A DNA stretch of 64,000 bases from an uncultured bacterium (GTDB lineage: Bacteria; Patescibacteriota; JACMRA01): contig OY969926.1 in NCBI GenBank assembly GCA_963704645.1, positions 160,001-224,000 on the forward strand. Reading direction: 5' to 3'. The number at the start of each line of letters is the position of its first letter. The stretch's first letter is position 1. The position numbers and the translations under genes were made by a program. Under the pieces are notes generated by a model. It worked only from the letters and a program-made list of their open reading frames with translations, was not told where the DNA came from and did not search any database. Below are positions 49,134-58,475 of the stretch, piece by piece.

Positions 49134-49829
49134 ATGAACTCTAAATTTCGTTTAGCAATATCGGTTGCTTCATTCTTTTTGTTTTTTGGTGGAACATTGT
49201 TTGCTTTAAATAGTACTAATATTACTACACCTTCGCAATACGCAAAAGCTCAAAATGCAGACAACCCAACAAACCCTAACAACCCTGGTATAAAACTGCC
49301 TGGATCTGCAACTACTACAACTGGTTCAACCACTTCTGGAAGTACAACCACTACAGGAACTACAAGTGGAGCTACTACAGGAACTACAAGTGGAGCTACT
49401 ACTACAACTGGTTCAACTACTACTGGAGCTACAACTACTGGAGGTATTACTTCTACCACAGGAAGCACCACTACTACAACTGGGACAACTACAGGTTCTA
49501 CAACTTCTTCTGGTAACACTGGACCAATTATTACACCTCCTCCTACGCCAAACATTGGCAACGCTGGTTTACTAGATGGGGTTATTGAATCTACAGGCGG
49601 TACTACAAGTGGAAACACTACAACATCAGGAGCTACCGCAACAACTGCTAATTCAGATATAGCTGCTAACACTACTAACACTGTAAGAACTGGAGGTATT
49701 GCAACAACAGGTTTACTATTACTGGTTGCCTCTGGGGTTGGAATTTATTACTATCAGAAAAACCACAGCACAAGTAAATTTGCATTAAAAATGTCGGAAA
49801 AGAAGATTTCTACAAAATCGAAAAAATAA
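49134..49829 (+). CDS. Thr/Gly-rich mucin-like surface protein with TVRTGG-TM C-terminus
   Basis: Signal ...YAKAQ; TTTG/TTSG repeats; C-terminal TM and YYYQKNH. Confidence 0.8.
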   Translation: MNSKFRLAISVASFFLFFGGTLFALNSTNITTPSQYAKAQNADNPTNPNNPGIKLPGSATTTTGSTTSGSTTTTGTTSGATTGTTSGATTTTGSTTTGATTTGGITSTTGSTTTTTGTTTGSTTSSGNTGPIITPPPTPNIGNAGLLDGVIESTGGTTSGNTTTSGATATTANSDIAANTTNTVRTGGIATTGLLLLVASGVGIYYYQKNHSTSKFALKMSEKKISTKSKK

Positions 49830-49867
49830 GGATTATTTTAAATTACACACACTGGATCTGGCAATAC

Positions 49868-50326
49868 CTAGTTTTGGCGCATTGGTGAAAAAACGTTTAT
49901 TAGCTTATCTACAGTTTGATTAAAACTATGTATTTCCTGGTCTTCTAAACTGGCACTTGGAGCAGAGAAGATATCTTCAATGACTTTAACTGCTTCATTA
50001 ACAGCCAATTCTCCTAGTGTTGTTAAATGTAAAATTCTTTCTCTTCTGTTTGTTTTATTGGTTTCGGCTTTTAAAAACTTACGTTGTTTCAAAAAATCTA
50101 CCTGCCTGCTAATAGCAGCGTCGCTTATAGAAATTATTTTGCTTAGTTGCCTCTGGTTAACTTGGTCATTCTTAGCAATGCTACTTAAAACCAAATATTG
50201 AGAATATGTAATTGGAGAGCCATGCTCTGTTAGCTTTTGTCCGGTAATGGAATCTAATAAATAAATTAATCTGTGTAAATCAAAATCTATACTAGATTTA
50301 AGCAAAGTCTTGTCAGAGATATTCAT
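49868..50326 (-). CDS. MarR family transcriptional regulator
   Basis: ITYSQYLVL...NQRQLS...DAAISRQV...NRRERILHLTTLG. Confidence 0.9.
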   Translation of the reverse strand: MNISDKTLLKSSIDFDLHRLIYLLDSITGQKLTEHGSPITYSQYLVLSSIAKNDQVNQRQLSKIISISDAAISRQVDFLKQRKFLKAETNKTNRRERILHLTTLGELAVNEAVKVIEDIFSAPSASLEDQEIHSFNQTVDKLINVFSPMRQN

Positions 50327-50404
50327 ATTGGTTCCAAATAATAAGTTAGAAATCAGAAACCAATAAGACAACAATTTGTCAATATTTATTGCAAAAACAA
50401 ATAG

Positions 50405-53400
50405 CTAGACTAACCTAACACACTCTATTTTAGCTAATTCTTTAATTTCAATTAGCTTAATTTCTTTTTCAGTAGGAAGCACATCTAGCCATCTAATTTC
50501 CACACATAATTTTGACCAATCAATTTGCTTTAGAACTTTTTGGAATATTTTGTCTTCTTTAACTTCTTTAATTTTCCAGCCAAAGGTTACTAATTCACCT
50601 GCCACCATGCCTTGTTGCTTTCTAAATTCTTGCACCGCTCTTTCAAAATCTCGGGAGAAGCCCATTACTGCCAATTCCTCATCTACCACCATATCAATTC
50701 TTAAAGCACCAATAGAACTTTGATGAGTAAAAATTTCTCCTTCAGTTTTAGATAAATCTTTACTAATTAAATTACATTCTTGAACAAACAATTCCTGTAA
50801 TAAATTATCTTCTAGGTTGAACTGGCTAAAATCGGCGTACAAAGTTTGGCGCAGTCTTATATCATTAGTTTTTCTTGCAGAGTGAACTACACTAACCAAT
50901 TCTCTAAGTTCTTGCATTTTAGTTAACAATCCAGTTTGCTTCCCTGTTAAATCTGGCACCGAAGTAATGGTAGTTAGATGCACAGATTCGGGGTCTGAAT
51001 TTAGTTTAACTACACTCCACAACTTTTCCGTGTTAAACGGTTGTAGTGATGCAGTATAAATGCTAAACAACCTTGTGGTTTGCCTAATGCATTCGGCAGT
51101 TTCAGTGGCATATTCTGTAGACAACAAATCTTTGCTTCTTCTAATGTACCAAGTAGACCAATTATCTATGTACGGAAGAATTAATCTAGCAGCTTCAATT
51201 ATGTTAAAGTTTTCCAAATAGGCATCAACTTTTTTAATATATTCTTGGGTGTAAGCTTGCCACCATTTATTTAAGGGATGATGGAAAGTTTTAGTATCTA
51301 GAGAAGGATAGGCTTGTAAAACATGATGAATATATTTAGAAATATTGCTAATCATTAAGGAAGAACCTCTAAAATACGATTGCATTTCTTTTTCAGTTAA
51401 AGTTAAAGACTCACCCTCAAAGAATGGACTAGATAAAAACATTAATCTAATTGCATCAGAACCGAATTTACTAAAGTATTCTTCAATTGGTAAATAATTT
51501 TTCTTGCTCTTACTCATTTTTTTGCCGTCTGTACCCAATACAGTACCATGAACATGAACATTTTTAAAAGCAGGTTTACCAAAAATAGCTGTAGATAATA
51601 CATGCAAAGCGTGGAACCAACCTCTTACTTGGCCTTCATATTCTACAATGTAATCTGCCGGCATAGATTTTTCTACAACTTCCTTATTTTCAAAAGGGTA
51701 ATGGAAACTGGCCCAAGGCATAGAACCACTATCTACCCAGCCGTCCATAACTTCAGGAATACGTGTGTAAACACTACCCAATTCATCTTTTAATAAAATT
51801 TCATCAATGTGCGGACGATGCATGTCTAGCATGGAAATAGGGCCAACCGGAACATATCCGTCTATATCTTCCTTAACTTTTTTGTAGAAATAGAAAATTT
51901 TGGTAGTTTTCTTGCTTGCTGCACCTAAACTTAGCAACCAAGTTGTCCACATTCTTTGTTCGTCTGGATGTAATTGTAGTTGAACAGTTTCGTATTTTTC
52001 AAATAAGTCCAGCGCTTCGTCTAAAATTTTCTGAGCAAACTCGGAGAATCTTCCAATTTCTAAATCTTTACCTTTGCGTAATTCACTTAAGTTTTTAGAC
52101 CTAAATTGGGTAGCTGATATTCCAAGAGGAAGTTTAGATTGGGCGTCAGTTAAAACTACAGACTTACCTTCTTCGTAAAATTCTGGATGCAAATCTGAGG
52201 TATTTAATAACCGGTAAACTGGATTGATCGAAAGCTGTCTTAATTTTTCCAGACTATCTACAAAAATTGTTTTGCTGGCGTCTTTAGTTTGCCAAATTGG
52301 AATTGGGGTTCCCCAAAAACGAGAACGAGAAATACACCAGTTAGGGGCAGTTTCTAAACCTAAAGCAAATCTTCCCTCTTTTAAATGCTCAGGATACCAA
52401 TTTATTTCTTGGTTCAATTCCAAACTTTTATCTAAAAATCTGGTTTCCCCAATGTACCAGTTTTCTTTGGCGTTATAATAAACAGGTTGGTTATTACGGT
52501 TATAAATTGGATATTTATGAGCAATTCTAACAACCCCAAACAGGCTATTTTTCTGGGTTAGAATTTGAACGATGGTTGGGTTGGCGGTTGTGAATAATTT
52601 TCCAAAAACAGGTTTTAATTCATTAGAAAGTTGATCGCTAATTTCACCAAAATCGTTTAAAGAACTTACAAAAGGTAAACTAAATTCTTTACCTAATTTA
52701 AAATCGTCAGGGCCATAAGTTGGAGCAATATGTACAATTCCTGTTCCATCTTCACTACTTACAAACTCTGCTGGGTAAACTTTGTAAATGGAAGATCTTT
52801 CTTCGTAGGAATCTATTTTAAAACTATTGTTAAACAAAGGTGTATATTCTAAACCTATTAAATCTTGCCCTTTTAGGGAGACCAGTTTTACAACATCTAC
52901 ACCCAATTTTTGGAAGTATTGGCTGCTGTCAGTAATGTTTTCTAATTGTTTAGCTAAACTTGGAGAATTCAAAATATAGTCTTTAAAATGAAGAGACAAG
53001 ATTGGAATAACTCTGTCCTCAGCTAAAATTACCAGTTCTGAAGTATTTGGTAAAAAGTAAACAGAATAATCTATATCAGGGCCTACAGCTAAAGCTACAT
53101 TGGCAGGCAAACTCCAAGGTGTGGTTGTCCAAGCAAGCAAGTTTAAAGTGTAGTCTTTTTCTAAAATTAATTTTATTTTATCTAGGGTATCAACGTTTTG
53201 AAAAATAATTTCCAACTGTTCTTTTAAATGATCTAATTCAGTCTGAGTTTCTAAATTGTTTTCAGAGTTAGTCCAATCTAGACCAAGTAATTCTGGCCTG
53301 CCACTTTTCAACAATTCTTGCAGTGAAATTTTTCTAGTTTTTTCATCTAGCTTTTCCAAAATTTGAATTCTTTTTTCAACATCAACTTTATATCGAAGTT

Positions 53401-54082
53401 GTTCCGAATAACTAAAAATAATTTCCTCAGAAACTTTGGTGTACAATTTTTTAGCCTGTGCAGCCAAAACACCAAATCTTACTACCGGCGTGTCTATTGT
53501 TTCTTCTACATATTTAATGTCGTCATTAATTTCAAACTGAGACAAGGTTGTACCCATGGAAGGAACATACATGCTAGAACGATAATCTTTGTATAGCAAA
53601 TTCTTATTCCACAATTGACCCAAACCCCACCAAACAGATTCCATATAGTCGTTATCCATCGTTCTGTATTGATCATCCATGTCTACCCATCTACCACTTC
53701 TGGTTACGCCAAAGCGCCATTCGTCATCTTTTTTACTAACGCTTTCTTTACAGTATTTATTAAAAATTTCAATACCAACTTCATGTTCAATCTTTCTTCT
53801 GTCTAAAATATCTAATTCTTTTTGAACAAAGTTTTCTACTGGCAAACCATGGCAATCCCAACCCCATCTTCGGGCTACATATTTGCCTTTCTGAGTCCAG
53901 TACCTTGGCACAGTATCTTTAGGGTAGGCAGTGGAAACATGCCCAAGATGAATATCGCCACTTGGGAAAGGAGGGCCGTCTAAAAAAGTAAATTTATCTT
54001 TGCCAAATCTGGCGTCTAAACTTTTCTGAAAAGTTTTATTATTTTGCCAAAAATCTAGCACTTCTAATTCTGTGGATAGCAT
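50405..54082 (-). CDS. ileS: Isoleucine--tRNA ligase (type 2) with large insertions
   Basis: DGPPF, HLGH, GWDCHGLPVE, WTTTPWSLP, GTGIVHIAP, WCISRSRFWGTPIP, QVRGWF, KMSKS. Confidence 0.96.
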   Translation of the reverse strand: MLSTELEVLDFWQNNKTFQKSLDARFGKDKFTFLDGPPFPSGDIHLGHVSTAYPKDTVPRYWTQKGKYVARRWGWDCHGLPVENFVQKELDILDRRKIEHEVGIEIFNKYCKESVSKKDDEWRFGVTRSGRWVDMDDQYRTMDNDYMESVWWGLGQLWNKNLLYKDYRSSMYVPSMGTTLSQFEINDDIKYVEETIDTPVVRFGVLAAQAKKLYTKVSEEIIFSYSEQLRYKVDVEKRIQILEKLDEKTRKISLQELLKSGRPELLGLDWTNSENNLETQTELDHLKEQLEIIFQNVDTLDKIKLILEKDYTLNLLAWTTTPWSLPANVALAVGPDIDYSVYFLPNTSELVILAEDRVIPILSLHFKDYILNSPSLAKQLENITDSSQYFQKLGVDVVKLVSLKGQDLIGLEYTPLFNNSFKIDSYEERSSIYKVYPAEFVSSEDGTGIVHIAPTYGPDDFKLGKEFSLPFVSSLNDFGEISDQLSNELKPVFGKLFTTANPTIVQILTQKNSLFGVVRIAHKYPIYNRNNQPVYYNAKENWYIGETRFLDKSLELNQEINWYPEHLKEGRFALGLETAPNWCISRSRFWGTPIPIWQTKDASKTIFVDSLEKLRQLSINPVYRLLNTSDLHPEFYEEGKSVVLTDAQSKLPLGISATQFRSKNLSELRKGKDLEIGRFSEFAQKILDEALDLFEKYETVQLQLHPDEQRMWTTWLLSLGAASKKTTKIFYFYKKVKEDIDGYVPVGPISMLDMHRPHIDEILLKDELGSVYTRIPEVMDGWVDSGSMPWASFHYPFENKEVVEKSMPADYIVEYEGQVRGWFHALHVLSTAIFGKPAFKNVHVHGTVLGTDGKKMSKSKKNYLPIEEYFSKFGSDAIRLMFLSSPFFEGESLTLTEKEMQSYFRGSSLMISNISKYIHHVLQAYPSLDTKTFHHPLNKWWQAYTQEYIKKVDAYLENFNIIEAARLILPYIDNWSTWYIRRSKDLLSTEYATETAECIRQTTRLFSIYTASLQPFNTEKLWSVVKLNSDPESVHLTTITSVPDLTGKQTGLLTKMQELRELVSVVHSARKTNDIRLRQTLYADFSQFNLEDNLLQELFVQECNLISKDLSKTEGEIFTHQSSIGALRIDMVVDEELAVMGFSRDFERAVQEFRKQQGMVAGELVTFGWKIKEVKEDKIFQKVLKQIDWSKLCVEIRWLDVLPTEKEIKLIEIKELAKIECVRLV

Positions 54083-54466
54083 ATTATATTATAAACTTAA
54101 GTATATGGAAAAACAACTGTCAATGTTGAAATTGTGTTGGTTTTATGAAATGTATATTAAGACATTCTGAGTCGTTTCTATGAACTAATGAGAATTGTTA
54201 TATCTATCAAACTAGGAGGTATGCTACATTGAATTTGTTTCATTGTCTAAGCAGAGAGTAAAACCAAAATGAAGATCTGCTTCACACACCTTTACAAAAG
54301 TCTCGGTATTTAAACTGCAAAAATAAGGGGCAAGTGAAATACAACTATTTCAAAGAAGCTTACTAAAATTAAATTGGGACTAATTATTGACTAATAAAAC
54401 TTTTCTTTTCAAGCGAAATAATCCACTTATTTTTATTAACTGGAGTGTAATGACTTCCTAAATATC

Positions 54467-55096
54467 TTATTTTATTGCTGGAACCACCTCTTCTTCAAAC
54501 TCTTCCTCTAACCCACCCTTCAACATTATTGATACAGGTAAAACAAATATAGCTGTAAAGATACCTAAAAATGGATTAACTAACAGAATTACTAACTCTA
54601 AAATAGTTAGACTGATTCTGAATTTTACGAATGCCGTGCTTTTGTCCCAGGTTTGTCTATCTGCTAACAATGATGCTACTGTGGACATTAAAATAATAAT
54701 TAAAGCTATGAACGATGGTGTATCTACTTGGTTTTTTTCAGATCTGGAAACAAATTCAGTGAAAAAAATACCTATTAGTAAGTTACAAAGAAATAAGCCA
54801 ACCAAACTTATATAGAATAAATTTTCAGGTTTTTCATCTTTGTCATTTAGCAAAAAAACAAGACCTATTCTTAAGCTGTTTAATGCCCCCCAAATAAAGA
54901 AAAATAAAGCAATTAAAGTATTTTGTACTTCATTAGAAATTAAAAAAGAACTACAGGAGCTTGCCTTACATAAAGATAGATAGAAAAACCAGAATAAGGC
55001 TACAAAAAAACTAATAGTAAAAACAACTTCCGCCCACTTCAAAATCTCCTGCCAAAAAAGCGCTTGTTGATATGTTTTACTTGTTTTAATTAACAC
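54467..55096 (-). CDS. Hypothetical multi-pass membrane protein
   Basis: Five to six hydrophobic segments; downstream of khpA. Confidence 0.7.
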   Translation of the reverse strand: MLIKTSKTYQQALFWQEILKWAEVVFTISFFVALFWFFYLSLCKASSCSSFLISNEVQNTLIALFFFIWGALNSLRIGLVFLLNDKDEKPENLFYISLVGLFLCNLLIGIFFTEFVSRSEKNQVDTPSFIALIIILMSTVASLLADRQTWDKSTAFVKFRISLTILELVILLVNPFLGIFTAIFVLPVSIMLKGGLEEEFEEEVVPAIK

Positions 55097-55127
55097 ATTG
55101 CGGTTTTAAGAACTGGATATAATTTAT

Positions 55128-55493
55128 CTAGTTAATCACGAATTCATCTAAATCTGTATCCAATGTTGTAGATTCATCAGATACTTCCTTTTTAGTTTCT
55201 TCATTATTTTTTGTATGGGAATATTTCAAAGATCCATCAGGTTCTAAAAATTCAACTCTAATGTTCATGTCATTGGCTTTGCCAATAGCTCTTAAAATTG
55301 TTTTTATAGAATTAGCCATAATTCCGTTTCTTCCAATTACAATACCCATATCTTTAGGGTCTACTTTAACTGAAAGTAAAACTCCTTGCTCGTCTAAATG
55401 TCTAGTTACATGAATATCTTCAGGTTGGGTAACAAGTTTTTTCAAAAGGTCGGTTAATGTTTGAATATCAACAGTTTGATTTTCATTTGGCAT
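55128..55493 (-). CDS. khpA: KH-domain RNA-binding protein KhpA
   Basis: DMGIVIGRNGIMANSIKTILRAIG; follows rpsP as usual. Confidence 0.88.
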   Translation of the reverse strand: MPNENQTVDIQTLTDLLKKLVTQPEDIHVTRHLDEQGVLLSVKVDPKDMGIVIGRNGIMANSIKTILRAIGKANDMNIRVEFLEPDGSLKYSHTKNNEETKKEVSDESTTLDTDLDEFVIN

Positions 55494-55496
55494 AGT

Positions 55497-55730
55497 TTAA
55501 ACTAGGTTTTGCTTTTTAAAAAGACTTTGTACAGATTCTGAAGTTTCAGTATTCAAAGCAACATAGTGCTTTACTCTGTCTTCTTGTAATTTAACTTCTT
55601 TAGTAATTGGATTGTACCATCCTAAAATTTCTAAAAACTTCTTACTAACAAATCTGTGCTTTTCAGCTACAACTACGCGGTAAAATTTTCTGTGTTTGCG
55701 TCCAATTGGTTGGAATCTAATAGTTAACAT
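55497..55730 (-). CDS. rpsP: 30S ribosomal protein S16
   Basis: MLTIRFQPIGRKHRKFYRVVVAE...LEILGWYNP. Confidence 0.95.
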   Translation of the reverse strand: MLTIRFQPIGRKHRKFYRVVVAEKHRFVSKKFLEILGWYNPITKEVKLQEDRVKHYVALNTETSESVQSLFKKQNLV

Positions 55731-55746
55731 ATAAATATAAATTGAA

Positions 55747-56379
55747 TTATCCTACTTTTCTTGAATAATATTCAACAACAGGAGCTATTTTGAAGTCTTG
55801 AGGAAGATCGGTTTCTAATGGCAAATTGACCACTCTAATTTGCATAGACTTAGTACTGTCTAACCAAGCAGGAGATTCATTAGGAACTTCAAGCTTAAAG
55901 TTAGTCCAGAAAGCGGACTTGGCTTTTTTAGGGCTTACAGTAATGACATCAGCTGCAGTAACCATGAAAGAAGGAATATCAACTTTTTGACCGTTAACTA
56001 AAAACTGACCATGGTTAACCATTTGCCTAGCTTGACCTCTGGAATTGGCTAAACCACCACGATAGATTACATTATCTAGTCTTCTTTCAAGAAAAGTTAA
56101 AACAGTTTTTCCAGTATCAGAAGATGTTTTTGAAGCTTTTTTAAACAAGTTAGTTAATTGCTTTTCTAAAATACCATAAGTAAATTTAATAGCTTGTTTT
56201 TCTAAAAGTTGTTTTCCGAACTCTGAAACTTTACTGAATTTACCTTTGCCGTGTTCTCCAGCTGGGTAAGGTCTTTTAGCGTAATCATCTTTTGGAGAAA
56301 AGCTTCTAGCACCCTTTAAAAATAGGTTTCTTCCAATTCTTTTGGATAATTTAGTCTTGCCTGCGGTATATCTAGCCAT
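55747..56379 (-). CDS. rpsD: 30S ribosomal protein S4
   Basis: MARYT...QLLEKQ...YGILEKQ...LERRLDNVIYR...ARQMVNHG. Confidence 0.98.
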   Translation of the reverse strand: MARYTAGKTKLSKRIGRNLFLKGARSFSPKDDYAKRPYPAGEHGKGKFSKVSEFGKQLLEKQAIKFTYGILEKQLTNLFKKASKTSSDTGKTVLTFLERRLDNVIYRGGLANSRGQARQMVNHGQFLVNGQKVDIPSFMVTAADVITVSPKKAKSAFWTNFKLEVPNESPAWLDSTKSMQIRVVNLPLETDLPQDFKIAPVVEYYSRKVG

Positions 56380-56391
56380 ATATAATTAATT

Positions 56392-56793
56392 TTAAACTCT
56401 TCGTCTTTTACTTGGTTTTGTTCCTCCAAATGGAAATCCTGTTGCGTCTTTGATGGAATCTAATTGTAGGTCTGTCGCTTGAATTGCTCTTAGAAATGCA
56501 TCTCTAGCCATTCCTGCACCTTTAATAACAATTTGTGCATTCGTAGCTTCAAGCTGCTTTACTCTTTCTAAAATAGTTTCTGTTGCTTTTTGAGCAGCAA
56601 AAGGTGTTTTCTTCTTCGCACCTTTAAAATTGCTACTGCCACTACTTGCCCATGCTAAAACCTTACCTTCTAAATCGGTTAAAGTGATGATAGAGTTATT
56701 AAATTGTGCACGCATGCAAATTCTTACAATAGGTAATTTCTGCTTGATCTTAGTTTTTCTAACGTTTAGTTTTGGATTCGCCTTTTTGGCCAT
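56392..56793 (-). CDS. rpsK: 30S ribosomal protein S11
   Basis: FNNSIITLTD...WASSG...KKTPFAA...KRRRV. Confidence 0.96.
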   Translation of the reverse strand: MAKKANPKLNVRKTKIKQKLPIVRICMRAQFNNSIITLTDLEGKVLAWASSGSSNFKGAKKKTPFAAQKATETILERVKQLEATNAQIVIKGAGMARDAFLRAIQATDLQLDSIKDATGFPFGGTKPSKRRRV

Positions 56794-56837
56794 ATTAATA
56801 TAATCTTAATTTTCTTAGTATTGATGGTTGTCAAGTA

Positions 56838-57224
56838 TTAGGTTTTTTGAGCCTTAACTTTTCCACTTCCTGCAGTATTTCTTGTATTGCCTCTTGCAGT
56901 TCTGGAATTGGTCTTTGTTCTTTGGCCTCTTACAGGTAGGTGAACTTTATGTCTTTTGCCTCTCCAAGTACCAATATCAATTAATCTTTTAATATTTGTA
57001 AGATTCTGCCTTCTTAAATCAGCTTCAATAATTAAATTGTTTTCAATGTAACTTCTAATTGTAGCTACTTCAGTTTCGCTTAATGAATCTAGCTTAATTG
57101 TTGGATCTAACTTTAATTCAGCTAAAATATTTTTAACGTTAGATTTACCCACACCTTTAATAATTGGAAGTGCGAATCTAATTTGTTTTTGGCCGTCAAC
57201 GGTGACGCCGGCTATTCTAATCAT
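56838..57224 (-). CDS. rpsM: 30S ribosomal protein S13
   Basis: RIAGV...IKGVG...WRGKRH...LPVRGQRTKTNSRT. Confidence 0.98.
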   Translation of the reverse strand: MIRIAGVTVDGQKQIRFALPIIKGVGKSNVKNILAELKLDPTIKLDSLSETEVATIRSYIENNLIIEADLRRQNLTNIKRLIDIGTWRGKRHKVHLPVRGQRTKTNSRTARGNTRNTAGSGKVKAQKT

Positions 57225-57230
57225 AATAAT

Positions 57231-57419
57231 TTAGTATTTTAATCTTTTCTTTTTCTTCAAAGGAATTGGCTGTCTAGCATTAATACGATTACCTAATGAT
57301 GACTCATCAAAAGCGTAGAAACGTAAAATTCCTTGTCTACGTGTAAAGTAACCTTGGGCCATTCTACCACGTCTAGTTAATTTTTTACCTCTTCCGGTAA
57401 GGGATACAACAACTTTCAT
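57231..57419 (-). CDS. rpmJ: 50S ribosomal protein L36, atypical Cys-free extended form
   Basis: Between infA and rpsM; MKV..SL...RR.G...N..NARQ skeleton. Confidence 0.7.
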   Translation of the reverse strand: MKVVVSLTGRGKKLTRRGRMAQGYFTRRQGILRFYAFDESSLGNRINARQPIPLKKKKRLKY

Positions 57420-57422
57420 ATA

Positions 57423-57716
57423 TTAGTCTCTAGAAATAATTACGCCTTTCGTCAAATCTTCCATAGGATCAACCTCTACAGTAACGCTGTCACCTTTCAA
57501 AATTTTAATTCTTCTTACCTTAAAAAGTGTCTTGGTTTGGCAGTCTATAATTAAAGGATCTAACCCTTTATCACGTTCTACTCTTACCTTAAATTTAACA
57601 CCTGGTAGTGCTTCAATAATTACACCTTTAAAGTAAATTCTGTCCTCTCTTTGTTCGGAATTATTATGATTCGATCTTCTCCTTTTGGATCTACTTGGAC
57701 TTGATTTAGGTTTCAC
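57423..57716 (-). CDS. infA: Translation initiation factor IF-1 with basic N-terminal extension
   Basis: GVIIEALPGVKFKV...IKILKGDSVTVEV.P..DLTKG.I..R. Confidence 0.9.
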   Translation of the reverse strand: MKPKSSPSRSKRRRSNHNNSEQREDRIYFKGVIIEALPGVKFKVRVERDKGLDPLIIDCQTKTLFKVRRIKILKGDSVTVEVDPMEDLTKGVIISRD

Positions 57717-57764
57717 TGAATTTATAATTAATTTATATAATAATTAAAGAACAGCTGCACAATT

Positions 57765-58475
57765 ATGTCAAATAATGGCAATAAGATTGACAAAAAACCC
57801 TTACTTCAAGACTTTCATAATGAATATATGATTGCAAATATACATTTTAACCCTACTGCCCAGCAGAGCGAATCTATTAGAATGGACTACTTTAAACAAA
57901 ACATTATTAAAGAAATTCAAACCAATACAAGCAACGAAAACAATTTTAAATTATTAGACATTGGTTGTTCGCAAGACGATTTTGAAACTGATATTAAGAA
58001 CTTGGAATCCTTCGGTTTGGATATTGAAGATTCCAACTATTACGACCCAAACCATTTCCAAAAAGTTGATCTAAACAACGGTAAATTACCCTACCTAGAC
58101 AATACATTTAACTTTGTAATTGCAGGCGAAGTTTTAGAACATATTAAAAGGCCTTTTGAAATTATTGAGGAAATGGGTAGAGTTTTAAAACCTAATGGCG
58201 TTTTGTACATATCTACACCAACTCCACACTGTTTAACAGAAATTGCTAAGGAGATAATTGGATCTAAAAAAGTTGATGTTCCTAACCAACATTTAAACCT
58301 ATTTGGAAGAACTCATTTAATAGCCTACGCAGAGCAACAAGGCATGACTTTAGAGAAGTACTATCATTACAAATTCTACCTTCCTTTACCTGGCAACAAC
58401 CATATTATTGTAACTAGCCTGTTTACCCCTCCACTTTTTGGATATCAAATTATTTACAAATTTAGGAAGAATTAG
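57765..58475 (+). CDS. Class I SAM-dependent methyltransferase
   Basis: LLDIGC...GLDI...LPYLDNTFN...EVLEHI...RVLKPNG...STP; the start may be ATG 57828. Confidence 0.9.
   Translation: MSNNGNKIDKKPLLQDFHNEYMIANIHFNPTAQQSESIRMDYFKQNIIKEIQTNTSNENNFKLLDIGCSQDDFETDIKNLESFGLDIEDSNYYDPNHFQKVDLNNGKLPYLDNTFNFVIAGEVLEHIKRPFEIIEEMGRVLKPNGVLYISTPTPHCLTEIAKEIIGSKKVDVPNQHLNLFGRTHLIAYAEQQGMTLEKYYHYKFYLPLPGNNHIIVTSLFTPPLFGYQIIYKFRKN

Noticed and set aside
49300-49520. Tandem ACTACA/GGA repeats as a CRISPR or satellite
   Set aside because: They are codons of the Thr/Gly-rich protein, with no repeat-spacer structure; no CRISPR array or cas gene is seen in the window
51835-53465. Inteins in IleRS (or DnaE)
   Set aside because: No C/S...HN-C/S/T splice junctions or LAGLIDADG motifs
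56803-56834. Internal promoter between rpsM and rpsK
   Set aside because: TTGACA is present but there is no acceptable -10 at 16-18 nt spacing
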